Positions 1-13,838 are shown, counted from the whole stretch's first letter. The stretch is 59,580 bases of DNA, filler included, from Sphacelaria rigidula (GCA_964200075.2; 9 parts of 9 records of this genome joined end to end with filler, not necessarily neighbours in it), one strand, 5' to 3'. The notes: generated from the sequence alone by a model not told the origin. Translations and numbers: made by a program.

Positions 1-487
1 GCACCATCGCTGAAAGTGTGGGGAAAGCAGTCTTTTAGGCTTGAGCCTCATCTCAAAGGTAAACCTCAATTCGCACAATTTGTTATCTGTTGTTAACGGG
101 CGGTTCACTGCATACACACCCATGAACAGTGCAGGCAGACAAAGCTGCGTACACTGCTCAAGTCCTTTTCACGTTGCACTGTGAGCAGAAAACATACATA
201 TAGTCCTGCGCTATCTGTACTGTACTTTGTGCGCTTCCCTTTCACGTCCTACTGACTGCAGCGGTAAGCACGCTGCAAAAACGGGCATCGTGCGTATACT
301 CAGTAGCTCACGGTATATAACACCCTCATGCACCCAAAGTTACAAGCATCCACTTTGATTAGCCACACGTGGCGCATATGCCGCGCTAACTCTGCAGTAT
401 ATTGTACAGCATGTATATAAGCACGATATGGTACTGTCCTACACGGTATTGTACTGTCCAGCCAGTACAGCATCAAACCGTACTTAT

Positions 488-904
488 TGTTGTGATTATC
501 ATATATATCACCATCAATAAGGCTACTACCCCTTGGTGTGGGAGTGGTAGTCTCAGGAGCCACGGGCTTGGCCGTGGGACGCGCCTAGACAGTTCGTCCT
601 TGTGTGGAGGGAAACTCCAAGTTTGAGATAAGAAGTGCCTCGAGAGGGCACCATGAGCGGTACCGTCTCGAGGTTGGAGTACGACAATGACTCCGGAGAC
701 GGGAAGACAATGACCCGGACGGGATAGACAATGACCCGGACAGGATAGACAATGATCCGGACGGGATAGTTATTGACCCGGACGGGACATAGTAGTGTTC
801 ATGAAAACGTTCCCGGAACCATGCCGGAGATATGAACGTTCCTGAAACGGAGGGGCGGTTGTAGACAGGTGGAAGACTTGTGGACTACCCTGGTACTCAC
901 ATCA
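488..904 (-). repeat. 3' LTR of Gypsy copy 1 (~417 bp) with internal ~21-bp tandem repeats
   Basis: Termini TGTTGTGA...TCACATCA (7/8 inverted match). CCCCCC follows directly (GGGGGG PPT on minus). About five ACAATGACCCGGACGGGATAG-like units at ~684-790. Confidence 0.75.
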
Positions 905-2817
905 CCCCCCAGATATGACGGTGGTGGTCGGCTACTCCGTCTAATCTAAGAGAAAAATGTAGTTCTGGGTTGGATTCAAGTCATTCGTGTCTGAAAACGC
1001 GAGTGGTATTTTCAACAATAATAATTGCTCTGACGAGAATACAGTTGAGTTAGTGTGAATAAGACATAAAAAAAACAAAAGGCTGAATCTACCAGAGGAC
1101 ATGACATTTTGAGATACTGGAAGAAAAGATAGTAACTCATTTGGTTAGAATCAGACGAAAAAAATATAGTCAGACTGATGAATAGAGCTGATGGAGAAGA
1201 TAATCCTGCAGGGTTTTTATGTGGAATAGTCTGAATGTTGCTGCAGATATTTAGATAGCGCGCTTACGACACTCTTGTCAAAATTCCCTGTTTGACCAGT
1301 GTGTCGCTAGTAGTGGACAACTTCTATTGATGGTTCTGACTTGATCGTGTTGCTAGCAAATTTTTGGACATAACACGAAACAGCAGGGACCTGCTATGTG
1401 AGATGGCAGGACAAGCTGCACCAGACTGGGTGTATTTCGTTTGTTTACACCCTGGCATTATTATGAGGAGAGCATGGTGGGAATTGCGAAATTTGTATGG
1501 CTCTGGATATTTTGTGGGTAACTAGGGGATATATCTCGGGGGGAAAAAAGGTGAGGTGTGACCGACGGTACTTTTAAACCTCAACTCGGTCGACAACATT
1601 CATGGGGGTATGTGGGAAGGCATGGCCGAAGACAGTATGACCCATGGTCCTTTTAAACCATATGTTGGTTATAGCTGTCAAGAGAATTGGGATTGGGAGT
1701 AGATGCAGAGATATTCCAGATGAGGAATTTTTTTCTCAGGCGAATCCACTCCATGTTGACAGTGAAACTGTATTGCAGCATTTTCCGTGATAAATATACA
1801 GTCTTTTAATTTTCCTTTGTTGACCTTACATGTAGCACACTTGGTACTCACCACCATGTTACATATACCACTCTTCGAATATCTTGATTTGCAACGTAAC
1901 ATTCATACCATGTACGTACTGTGAACTTCAAGTCAACCAATCACTACTACTGTTGACCCTCATGGCATTCATTCGGAAAAAAAAATACGTGTTTACAAAA
2001 TCGTAAGTGAAATCCCAGGCCATGACCTATTAAAACGATATTCCATCCCACAACTTAGCCAAAAACAAATTCAAATGCGGTACAGCATACGATCAACCCC
2101 AACTAATATCCATGCTGATGGAATGGATTACTTGATCCGTGAAAAAAAAAAATCAAACATGCTCTACTTGATGGACTATCGATACTTGAGCATACATGAT
2201 AGACTCTCATAATTCCTTAAGAGACATGAATTGACACGGCGAGTAACGAGCTCAATATATTGGACGAAACATCCGTTCGACATCAGACGTTGACGTCCAC
2301 AGATGTGAGTACTCCTGGTAGGCAGCGGTAGCTGCGAAACCGGCACCTGAGGAAATGATGGGGAACAAGAGGGGTACGTACAGATGAAATACATGAGAAT
2401 ATCAAGAGACAACGGATCGTGATTTCCGTTGTGGCGGATCGAAGGCGGTGGAGTTCCGCGACAAGAGTTTCGCTCAATATGACGCGATCATCTCCGTGCA
2501 TTGTGATAGGGTAGAGACATGACGCCACACACCACAATGAGAGGGATGATCTTTGAATTTCAGGTGATATTGAAAGTTCGTTTTCGATGCTGCTCTCACA
2601 CCTCTTTTGTGACCATCTATTCCCTCGATTGTGAACAAGCCAAATTTGACTGATTTGTCACCGCTCAAATCGGGGATTGGCAATTTTGTTCCCAAGAACA
2701 ATTCGTCCAGGACGTCGTGGTCAACGGTAGATGGGGAGGACGGAGATCGATATTTTTTTAATCTGCCGATGTGGACGGATATTTCGGCAATTTCGCCATC
2801 TTTACTGACACGATAAA

Positions 2818-4342
2818 CGACTGGCGATATTTGACGACGAACAGTGTATGGTCCACGCCATGGGATGATTAGCTTGGGGTTGGGGCCATCAGTGTCCGTG
2901 TAAGGACGGTGGATCAGAACTTGATCACCTGTGACAAATTTGGGAAATGATCATTTGTTGTTTGCGCTTGCTTGTTTGTCCGACCGTTCTTTGAGATTTC
3001 GGCGAGCCAATTCATATTCTAATTGCAATTTATTTACAGTTTCGCGCGTATAATCCAGGGGAGACTGGGGCGCGGATGTTGACGGCACACCAAGGATAAG
3101 ATCGATGGGAAGTGTGGCGGAACGGCCGAACATCAAAAAGTGTGGTGTTTCGTGAAGCGTGGATGAATAGGCTGTGTTATGTGCCAGTTGGACAAACGGC
3201 AACATATCTGCTCAGTTAGAGTACGCAATATCACTGTACATCGTCAACATTTTGTGCACTGTACTGTGGACTCGTTCAAGAACAGAGTTACCTTGGGGAC
3301 GATAAGGTGCGGTTCTGGTCTTCTTATATCCGAATACAGTTTGAAGTTCTCTGACGAGTTCGTTTTCAAACTCGGGTCCCTGATCACTGTGGAGGGTGTC
3401 TGGAGGGCCAAAGATGGAGAAGACACGTTCCACCATGTGACGTGCGACGGTTATAGCCTCTTTGTTGGAAATAGCAATGAGGACTACAAATCGTGTCAAA
3501 TGATCAATCACTGGCAAGATGTATCGATTTCCTCGGGAGCGAGGTTTATACTCAACGAGGTCGACAGCGACGCACTGAAATGTTCTTGTGATAGGACGGT
3601 GACCGACCGGTAATACCGGGGGCCGTGCTGAGGATTTGCGCCTCTGACGTGATTGGCAACAGTCAACGTGGTTTTTAACATCAGTGTGTGTTGTGGGCCA
3701 CCAGTACTTATCACGCACTCGATCGAAGGTACCTTTGAACGCTAGATGACCCCCAGAAGCGGGAAGGTCATGGCACGCTTCCATGACAAGCGGACGTAAC
3801 TTATCAGGTACCACTAATTGATCACGAAAATCGCTGCGTTTTCGCAAATGACCCGGTAGATAAGGGCGAAAGAGTAAATTCTCGTGGAGGAAAAAATAGC
3901 TCATCGTATGAGTGGTTTCTTTCGAAGGAAGGGGGGACGACTTGGGATTATTGAGATAGTCGATATATGGACCGAACTCTTCATGTTGCTGTTTCGCAAT
4001 TTGAACGGGATCTGCAACAGGGAAGATAGATACTGCGCTTGTGAACATGTCGCGGTCGCTGTCGACAGGAAGGATATCATCTAATTGCTGAGCAGATACT
4101 TCGAATTCTTGGGGGGACGGGCGATGATACGGTCGATCATCCCGCACGTTACGGCAGATGGCTGCTAATCTGGGTTGCGATTGAATTTCTTCACCGTTCG
4201 TGTCACCAAATAGGCGAGACAACGCATCTGGCACAACGTTTAATTTCCCGGGAACATGTTTCACCGTGAAATCGAAGCTCTGCAGTTGGATTGACCATCG
4301 AGTTAGCATGTTGCTGGTGTCTTGCATATTATATAAATGCAT
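2818..4342 (-). pseudogene. pol: Gypsy RNase H C-terminus and integrase (zinc-binding region, DDE core, GPY/F region), frameshifted
   Basis: CHDLPASGGHL, VAVDL, HSDQGPEF, VLERVHST, AHNTAYSSTLHETPHFLMFGR; PWRGPYTV near 2850. Confidence 0.9.
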
Positions 4343-4363
4343 GAGAGCTTGGTGATCTGTCCA

Positions 4364-6474
4364 TCAAGTGAAATGACGACCCCATAGATAACTTCTCCAG
4401 TGAAGTAGAGACCAGACAACACTGCAACATTCTTTCATCGTGGGACTGTAGTGACGCTGTGATTTGGAGAAACGCTTCGAGAAATATGCGATGATGTCAA
4501 CGTCGTTCGGGTTGGTGCTGTCTTTAGACTGCTGACCGAGAAATGACCCCGAACCAAGATTACTAGCATCGCAGTGTACGACAAACTCTCGAGAGAAGTC
4601 CGGAAAGTTTAGGACTGGTGCTGATGTGAGTAATCGTTTAATGTGAGCGAAGGCGTTATCTTGTTCGATTCCCCATGCCTTTTTGAACAAGCGTTTGATG
4701 GTGAATTCTTTTCGAGTGAGATTGACCAGAGGTTCTGTGATGTCGGCGTAATCTTTGATAAATCGACGTACGAAATTTACCATGCCTAGGACAGAGCGAA
4801 GGCCTTTGATACAAGTCGGAGTAGGTAAGTCGTTGATAGCTTGAATGCGACCTTTACCTACTGAAATACCATCGGCAGAAATTACATGACCGAGGTATGA
4901 GACCTCTTTGGGGCCGGAACGAATTTTTGAGGGCTTGAGAGTCAAGCCCGCGGCTTGTAAGGCTGCGAATGTACGTTCGAGGGATTTCAAATGTTCCTCA
5001 AACGTGGAGCTAAGACAGATGATGTCATCCATGTAGCATAAAATTCCATAATCTGGCCTATGTGACCGAGAGCCATGGCCATGGTGCGTTGAAAAATCCA
5101 TGGAACACATAATACGCCGAATGGGAGACGACGGAAGACATATTTACCACGTTCGGTGACAAAAGCGGTTTTATCCATGTCTTTTTCGGGTACTGGTATT
5201 TGCCAATACGCACTCATGACACCCATGACTGTGATGAATTTTGCACCACCAACTGCATCAAGACATGTGTCAATATTTGGAAGAGGCCATGTTTTGCGGA
5301 TGAGAAATGGGTTCAGTGTTCCACGGTAATCAACACAAAATCGCGGTTCACCATTCTTTTTCGCTACAACACAGACAGGAGAACCCCAAGCGCTGGGGCG
5401 CTCTTCAATGATGTCCCACTCGAGCATATCCTTGACACATTTATCAATAATCGCACGAGTGCGAGGATTGGAACGATAAGGGGTTTTATCGACAGGATGG
5501 GTGTTCGCTTTGAGGGGGAGATCTGCTTCTGCTATAGTGCATGTACCCAACTCTTGCATTGACAGAGAGAAAACAGGGCGAAATTTCGCACATAAGTTGA
5601 GAAAGCTGTCTTTTTGAGACTTCGTAAATGTGGAGCCTTCAAAGGATTTGGACAGTGGATTTCGAAGTTCGTCTATTGCTTTGTTGACTTCGGATACTGT
5701 TCGAGGGATCTCGCTACAGCGTTGACATGCAAATGTTCTGGGTTCACGACACATACAGTGATGAGATTACCCGAAATCAACCTTGCTGGCAATAGTACTT
5801 CCTGAGACGATAGATTAGCGATTTGTACTGCCACGGACCCGTCTGAGCAGACCATGTCGCCAATGTACGGGCGACAGTTAGTGATTCAAACACTCGTGGA
5901 CTGTTAGGCTGTGGCATTTCATCGCTAGAAACAAGACGAGGTTCGACAATTACTGTACAACCAGTCGCTGGCAAATATTCTGTAAACGCTTCGACGACTG
6001 CCTCATGTTGAGGTTCGAGCGTAATCCGCTCTAACAAAATCACCGGAATTTCTTCAGCATCTCTATGCATAGCCGCTACCGAAAAAAAACTGCTTGTTGA
6101 TCAGTAGACGTCTGTGATGAGGGATTGTTAATATCTTTTCGATGAATGGCTGGGATAGAGAAGCCATCAACAGGGAAAGACAGTGTTTGATTTGCCCAAT
6201 CAAGGGTGGCACCAAACTTAGACATACAGTGATTATCGAGTAGCAACAAGTCAGGACCAAGTGAAGGGACGACAAGTGCTTCGATGGAGCGGGTTGTTTT
6301 ACCCAGTTTGAGTTTGAAACGGGCGAACCCCAGGATTTGTAGGGGTGAACCGTTAGCTGCACGTAAATTTACGGCAGATGGAGTGACAGGATGTAGTGTG
6401 ATTGATCGAAGCACGGGACTATTTTTGAAAAGTGCTATCGATGCCACTGAGACGTCAGTAGCAGTATCTGTTAA
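4364..6474 (-). pseudogene. pol: Gypsy protease, reverse transcriptase and RNase H, split by frameshifts
   Basis: SAWGSPVCVVAKKNGEPRFCVDYR, SAYWQIP, LPFG, YMDD, YLGHVIS, LGMVNFVRRFI, CDAS across ORFs 6076-6447, 4987-5754 and 4364-5110. Confidence 0.92.
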
Positions 6475-6532
6475 CAGCCGATCCTAATTTTTGGGGTTGA
6501 AACAAAATATGAGGTTGAAGTCCCATCCCTCC
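6475..6532. repeat. End of a repeat inserted into the Gypsy protease; near-identical sequence at 52880-52937
   Basis: CAGCCGATCCTAATTTTTGGGGTTGAAACA..GTTGAAGTCCCATCCCTCC occurs at the ends of both contig 1 and contig 8. Confidence 0.7.
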
Positions 6533-9130
6533 NNNNNNNNNNNNNNNNNNNNNNNNNNNNNNNNNNNNNNNNNNNNTTAATTAATTAANNNNNNNNNNNN
6601 NNNNNNNNNNNNNNNNNNNNNNNNNNNNNNNNGGGATTGATTCGTACGATTCGAATCAATCACACTAAAACCAAGTAATCTTTAGATGAATCATTGATTT
6701 GTCCGACCCTTGCAAGGATGTGAATCGTCAGGCGAGACGATGATTTTCTTCCTTGTTGAATGGGCTAGGATTGGTCGGAGACTGGGTGTTAGGCTCGTGA
6801 AGTCACCTGCACCGGGTGCAGAATAGTTGTGTTGTTGTTCTATTGTGTTGTGCTGCGACTCTCCAGAGCTCGGCAGTAGCTCTTGTCGTGTTGATCTCTT
6901 GTACCATTGAGATCTGTTGCCTAGAGTCTCGAAAATTTGGCTGTAGAGATATGAGAGTACCGGACCTCTCAAACAGTTCACGGTTGGACCTGCTCCTGTA
7001 CTGGCTCCGTCATCGGTTTACATGTCATCCAAGTAATTACTCGGCGTATACAATATAGCGACCTCCAGATCACCCCCCCCTGTTGATGTGCCTCCGGTCC
7101 CTCTTCAAGAGATCGCGGCGAACATTTGAAAGAATGGTACTTGTAGGAGTCCCTTCTACATGTGTTTTTGTGATTCTTCCATACTGGCCTGTATTTGAGC
7201 GCTGTTGGAAGTTTGAGAAATAATAGTTCCGAACAACAACAAGCGTGTCATATGCTTTACACTGGGTGTTGTCTCCAACCAGGAGAATTTATCGACGCTC
7301 TTCTGCAGGTGCATGTAAAGATATGTTGGGAAACGTTGAATTTTCTCGATTTTACGCAGATTTCCGTCCGGTGACGTAACCATGAAGGATTCACGGTTAG
7401 GACGAATCATCACGGGTTCAAATCACCAAATCCACGATCTCTTCGGCCTGATTGCCCAAAAGGGAGAAAATAATTGACCGCTGGTCCAAGGAGTATCCAC
7501 GCAACGTTTGCGCCATTCAACGTGTCTGGGCTGCGTGTACCCGGGTTGCAACGCTGAAAACAAAGCTCAGAGATTGGTTTGTACGATTCGAATCAATTAC
7601 ACTAAAGCCAAGCAATATCCAGACGAAGCATTGATTTGTCCGACCCTTGGAAGGATTATCTCGCCTTTACTTCAGGCGGGTGATGCTCAGGTCAGAGATT
7701 TTGTTTTCTTCCTCCCACCCCTAGATTGCTCGTAGTCCATGTCCTTAATTGGCGCTATCGGCTTGGGGGGACGTCGTGGGCGAAGCGTGTCAGTTCCAGG
7801 CGCATCTTCGTGTGTCGTACGTTCTTCTTGCCGTTTGAGTCGCTTGCGCTTATTCCCACCCGGTTCAAAATAAGTTGAGACATCAGGCAGAAGCCAGTCT
7901 GTTCACAACTGATACAAGCATCACTGGCCATCAGCATATTGATAACTGCTCTCCAGCGGTACCATCGGCTCCAACGACGCGAGTCTGTTTTGTACGCAAC
8001 AGAAGATATTTCCGTACAATCATGTGCGCAATTGAGAGCTCCCCGGTCAGGGCTTAGCGTTATATTGTTCGACCACAACAAACTGTGATCACTTGTCGGC
8101 CGTGTACCCTGCGTACCCCCCCCCCCCGACTACATCGAGTCTGCGTACATCCAAAGCACTTCAACGTGATATTTCTCGACGAGGAACACTACAATATACC
8201 GACTGAAGAAGCACCATAGCGGAGACATCAAGTCAGGACCAAGAACCTGTATTTTTTCACATCACGGCTGTGCCTGCCGGTGATACTCGGGAGTTCAACG
8301 TGTGCCAACCAGCCGAGGACCATGAACTAGTGCATACCAGTACGTACAAAGAAAACTGCCAGATATAGTACAACACACGGGTAGCCCGACGGACTATATA
8401 GTCATCACAAGGAAAACACCGACCACCAGATGACCACCTCGGACAACCCACTTATATACATGCCGTTACACACGAATCAATCGTAACTTCCTATTAGCAC
8501 AACGCGCCAAGCGCACCTGGCGCCGTGTAAGACTTGTCACACAGCTGACAAAACAAAGAACCATGTGCTTGCTACCAGTCTTGTGCACATGGCTATGCAA
8601 GTTTCACCTCAGCAATGATCTTGGTCCGCTACGATCGAGAGTCCAGTGAACGTAATGACTAACCCCCCAAAATCTCCCTCCTAGGAGGAATACAATCCAG
8701 CTACATGTGTTTCCTCTACAACCAAGACGAAATCCCCCGAACCTTTTCATACGGATCAAACTATCGCTTACACAAAAAGTAAAACAGGCGTAGGAAGCAA
8801 GGTTAAAAATTCGCCGCGAAGCACACCGACGTGCTACGATCAGGTAAAAAACAAACATATTCCCCACTGTGAGTATTTTCTTCACGCACACATTACGATT
8901 GACCACAACACCCTATGCGTGAAATCCAGCAACAAAATTCCATAGTAGCGATGTTCTATCGGAGAGTCGACATATCTACCCTCAATCTAGAGATCCAGTC
9001 GCCGAAACCCCCGATACCATCACAAGTCGAACTCCGCCTGCATGTGTTGGGTATTTCGCGTCATGGTTGTCCCCAAAGTTGCTTCCGTAGAAGACGGTGT
9101 GCAAGGCCCGTACGTAGTGTACCCCCCCCC

Positions 9131-9175
<45 letters not shown>

Positions 9176-10095
9176 CCCCCCTGCTCCCTCCCCCGGCTTC
9201 NNNNNNNNNNGAAGACGGTGTGCAAGGCCCGTACGTAGTGTACCCCCCCCCCCCTCCCCTCCCTCCGAATCGCACCCTCGGGTGATATGTTTCCCGTTAT
9301 TTTCGGCACTATGATTTTCAAAACTTTAACCAGCGCCATTTGGTTATCATCTGATATCACAGATCACAGAAGCAGAAGTACAGGTAACCCACAAGTATAG
9401 TGTATCTGGTATTACAGAGAACATGATCCTCACGTCTACCCAACGGGCGATAAGTTTTCGAGTTCCAAAACGTCAGCACCCGGAGGTCATTTCCACCGCA
9501 TTCTACTGAATTTGCTCTCGAAGAACGTTCAGCATACATTCGATGCAGTGCTCAATGATATATGTCCCCTGAATGCCAACATTTCCGCATCGTAGTGTAT
9601 TTGTTCTCAGAGGAAGCTCAACGCATGTACGACGCAGTGCTCAACGATATCTGTTTTCCGAATGCTAAAATTTTCAAGCAAATTGAAAAAGCAAGCAAAC
9701 AAATGCCCGAGCCAGCCTTGGGCACCGCCAACGAAGACCAAGAAAAATACCCCCGTCGATCCGAATGAGGCATAACTTGTCCTTTCGACACGCCTCGGAT
9801 AACGTACTCTGGCTCACATACGTCTCCGACAAGAGAACAGGGTGGCGGGGGCCGCCGTACAATCTTCAGGCCCGCGAAGGTCAGGAAAACGTGAAAACTT
9901 CACTCCCCACCAGCATTGGTGTTGACTTGCTCCGCAACGTATCCAACATGACAATACTACTCGGTGGCAGCGTCTTCTCCATATTCGCTGGTCCGCCATC
10001 AAGCCCACCCGGTGACTTTTTGACCACGGTCCTCCAAGATGGGCCCCCTTTCACGTATCGTTACACGTTTCCCATTTTTCACTCCGCCTCAACCG

Positions 10096-12023
10096 TTACA
10101 CGCCTAGCTCGTACTGCTTGCCCCAAGCCACCGAAGCCCACGCGCGCTCATTGACGAAGAACAGCGCCTGGTGTGGCAGAAAACAGCGACCAATGGCCGT
10201 AGACGGATATCCAAGTAGGGAATGTAGCGGGGAGGGGGGGGCATCGTGGACTTGGTGAGGGAACAGTACAGAAGAGACAATTGCTTCCATTATTCCAAGT
10301 GTGCGTGCATGTTTGTTTTCCTCGCCAAAGCGGTCAGTTGGCCAACTCTTCCTACGGATAGAAAAGGAAATGCCGTACCCGTCATATGATCATCGAACAC
10401 ATCGCCTCACTTGAGCCCCCTGCGGCCTGTACCCCTGTGCGGGGGGAATGTAAAAATATGCCGCTCGGATCTGGCCCTTATTATCATAATTTCGCTGTCT
10501 CTTCGATGTTTAGTTTGTCAGAACACGGGGAAGACACCGAAATAATATGCGCACCGTCTTGAATACGGTGTCGCTCCCCGCGATCTTAGACGCCACGCTC
10601 AAGTCCTTGGCCAGAAAGATACCGCAGATGAGGGTGTTGGAGGCCGCAAACAGGCGCCACAACGTGGCCTTGGCTAGAGATCGCTTGGCGCTGTCTCCCG
10701 TCTTTTCCTGTCCCCATTTGACCTGTGTGCGGTGGCATTGGTTGGGAGGGGAGGGCGGGAGGTTACTCACAGAGCGCGCGTGGAGGGGGAAAGGGTGTCG
10801 TAGTATCATCTGGGCGGGTTCCACAGATCAGGCAAGGAAGGGCACTTCCGAGAGTATCACATGTGAAGGCGATGGTACTCCGAACCTAGGGCACGTTATG
10901 CTCGCTTCGTTGCAGCGATGTGGGTCCCAGGCGATGTGCGTGCAGGTCCAAACATACCAAGGATGAATGACAAAGCCTGCAGTTCAATGCAATTGATATC
11001 ACGGTCGACAAAACGACACGACCCTCAAATAAATGTCACTGAGCGGGACGCCGAATCTGTGTGCTCTTGTAATGTGGAGTACTGTCGTTGGGGGCGACTC
11101 ATTTCCCCGAACAGTGATCTGCGAGTGAGTTTTGTTGGGCGGAGGCTGCCATGCTTACGTTGTTCCACAGTCTCTCCCCGGCGAACATGGTGAAGCTCTT
11201 GGTAAGGAAATCCGAGGTTACGATGCTCATGGCCGTCGCCAGACTGCCTGAAAACGTCAAGCTGGATACCTGTGACACGGTGGGTTGCGCAAGGTTGGGA
11301 AATCGAAGGTGAGATCTTCGGCGACGAGAATAATGCGCATACCGAGTTAGAGCCTCGTGCAGTGATCGAGGGAGGGACATGAGCCGAGCCGTAGGAGATC
11401 GGACCGTTCCTTTTTCTTCTAATTTTTCATCGCTAGGATATTTCATTTTTGTCACAACGTTACCGCCATGAATACAGCCGTGATCCCAACAAAATTGGCG
11501 TACCCAAGATATTAAACATTTTGAAACACTAGCTCGCTGTAAATATCTAAAAAAAGGGGAAATATGAATGAGGAGAGAGAGAGCTAGAGTAAACATCAAC
11601 AAAAACAATGAAGCACCAGGCTGATATCTACAGACGAAAAGTGAAACGCCACGAGCATCTGCTGTGAGAAGCACATGCGATACTTCATCTTCCGCATTGT
11701 ACGATCAATGGGCTCGCAGATCGGTTCTTCACGATCACGAAGTTGCACGCGTTTCTGTCAGGGCGATTTTCCTCTCTTCGAGACTCTTTTCCCCCCTATG
11801 CGCGGTACTGTTGCTGTGCTACTGTGCTCACCAGAGTCACCACAGCGGCGGTGAATCGCCAAGCCAGTGCCTTCACGAGGGACCGCTGGGCAGTCTCGCC
11901 GTACACCAGCTTCGCCGGTGATGGGATGGCGGAGTTGGTGGTCGGGGAGGGGAGTACTCCGGCAGCACCGGCAGTCATCGGAGCGGAAATCGCTGCCAGT
12001 CTGACTTGCTCTCCGCGACCAAC
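10096..12023 (-). CDS. Spliced host gene for a membrane protein with two DUF2061-like repeats; exons 12023-11832, 11269-11159, 10722-10555, 10167-10096 (5' end uncertain)
   Basis: GT/AG phase-0 junctions join in frame: ..ETAQRSLVKALAWRFTAAVVTL|VSSLTFSGSLATAMSIVTSDFLTKSFTMFAGERLWNN|VKWGQEKTGDSAKRSLAKATLWRLFAASNTL..SDTVFKT|ALFFVNERAWASVAWGKQYELGV*. The RSLxKAxxWR...ERxW pattern typical of DUF2061 occurs twice. Confidence 0.88.
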
Positions 12024-12641
12024 CTGTGAAAACACGGCCAATGGATGCACGGCGGTAGCAACGGCAACGAATGAACTACGCGTGCATCCAGCAACGGCGG
12101 TCAGCCAGAACTGCTATAGCAGCTATCGTCCGTACTAGGCACATAAAAAAAACTTAACGTGGATACAGTCAGTATACCAAGGCGTCTTGTTTAACGCTGT
12201 ATGGCGTGCATTGCGCTAATAATGATGTAATAATATAAAGCATACTGAAGGGCGCGAACACCAGCGATGCTGTGTCAAGGCTACAATTCTGTCTATCCCG
12301 ACCAAGAGGCATCAAAACGACAAATCGTGTGTGCATATGGTGGGTTGGTCATAACATGGTCACTAATGGCTCAATTATAAAGCTTCCGGGGTACTCTGCG
12401 TATTCACACAGAGCCTGCCGCACACAAGACTTTCGCCCCAATAACTCAGTGTCCCGAAGGAAGAACTGAACAGCAGGTGAAAAATAGAGAAGACGGGGGA
12501 CCGCTGATGTAACGATAGTCGGGAAGCAATACAGGAGTGGCGGACCCGTGTTTAGGGAGCATAGTGGCATGGCGAAAACGCCGCCTTATCCGTAGTCCCC
12601 CCTTGACCTAGATGAAGGTGGCACCGTCATACTGCTGCTTT

Positions 12642-12858
12642 CGGTGTAATGCGTGAGAGGACCGCGTGCTTAGAGGACCGCATCGGAAGTTGAACATCCC
12701 TAGGGTTAGGGTTAGGGTCAGGGTTAGTGTTAGGGTTATGGTCAGGGGCGTGGTACTTGCAGGGACTGGTCCGATTGGTTTTGAAAAACGTTGATCCTGA
12801 GATGCTTTGAACTACGGCGCGGTCCTCTAAGCACGCGGTTGTCTCACGCATTACATTG
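12642..12858. mobile_element. MITE with ~40-bp TIRs and an internal (TTAGGG)-like tract
   Basis: CGGTGTAATGCGTGAGAGGACCGCGTGCTTAGAGGACCGC ... GCGGTCCTCTAAGCACGCGGTTGTCTCACGCATTACATTG; second copy at 47129-47342. Confidence 0.85.
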
Positions 12859-13838
12859 GTATATTTTATCATACCATCTTACTGCATTAGCGAGGTAGGT
12901 TGTGGCGGCATGAAGAAGAGTAAAAGCGCCTTACTCTTGGTCGGGGTCTCCGCGAGAAGCCGTCTTGATGGTACCGGAAGTCTGTGATGAGGATGGTGAC
13001 GATGGAAGAATAGGAAAAGTCACCTTATTGCGAATAGAGTTGTGACGAGCCGACAACACTAACCCCTTGGGGTCGTTAGAAATGGGACGTGAGCAATGCT
13101 ACGATAGGGGTGCACTTTTTTCGCGAAATTATGTCTAGTTCAGGGGCTCCTCACGATTCTAGATNNNNNNNNNNNNNNNNNNNNNNNNNNNNNNNNNNNN
13201 NNNNNNNNTTAATTAATTAANNNNNNNNNNNNNNNNNNNNNNNNNNNNNNNNNNNNNNNNNNNNGATGACGGAAACTCTCCGCAGCTTGGTGTTTCGGGA
13301 CATGGAAAATTTGGCACATGCTGGTAAGATCAAGGATGCCAGTCACTCGAGAGTTTGGTAATCATCGAGCGGGGACACACAAAGGGCACGGGTGAGGAGC
13401 TTCCTCTCTGTCGTTGCTTTTCTTTCTGGTGATGTCGTCATCGACACGCGTGTACACCGCATTTCGTTGGGTGCACCTAGCCAGAGTTGCTTAACCCTTG
13501 GACCGCGGTGCCCGTCGTCCATCTGGACCACGCGCGTACTTTTCTCAAGCGAATATTGATGCCGATTCAGCAGGTGACCTACTCTTGCGGTCTGACGGTC
13601 AAGTCCTCCTGCGGAGTTTGGGGGGGGGAAGATACTTTCGCTCTGTGCTACCCTTTTGTATCTTCCCTGCAAGAGAGAAATGCAACTTCAGCCCAATTTT
13701 AGTGTTGAGCCCCAAAATTTAAAATCGGCTGTTATTTTGCATAGTGTTTTTGTCGAAACCCTGCAAGTAAACCTGTGCAGAGGCCTTTCCAATTTTGAAA
13801 ATTCCAAATCATTTTGGCATAACATCTGTAATTGTTTT

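Larger units (their letters stand above)
488..6474 (-). mobile_element. Ty3/Gypsy LTR retrotransposon (copy 1): decayed pol (PR-RT-RH-IN), long 3' region and 3' LTR; 5' part missing
   Basis: Minus-strand ORF fragments in Gypsy order: protease-like LTDTATDVSV (~6470), RT (PRFCVDYR, YMDD), RNase H (VHCDASNLG), integrase. G-run PPT at 905-910 abuts the LTR. Many frameshifts and stops. Confidence 0.93.

Noticed and set aside
684..790. CRISPR-like appearance of short repeats here and at 17974-18103 and 18535-18660
   Set aside because: Tandem units without unique spacers, no cas genes, eukaryotic context.
6577..6588. Recurrent TTAATTAATTAA palindrome at ~6.63-kb period
   Set aside because: Synthetic stop-codon linker inside the N spacers.
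6633..8300. Gag and 5' LTR continuation of Gypsy copy 1
   Set aside because: Different contig, and no second copy of the 488-904 LTR was found.
9088..9260. Poly-Pro/poly-Gly ORFs and a duplicated segment around N10 (similar case at 51490-51760)
   Set aside because: Poly-C runs with sequence repeated across a small gap indicate an assembly artefact.
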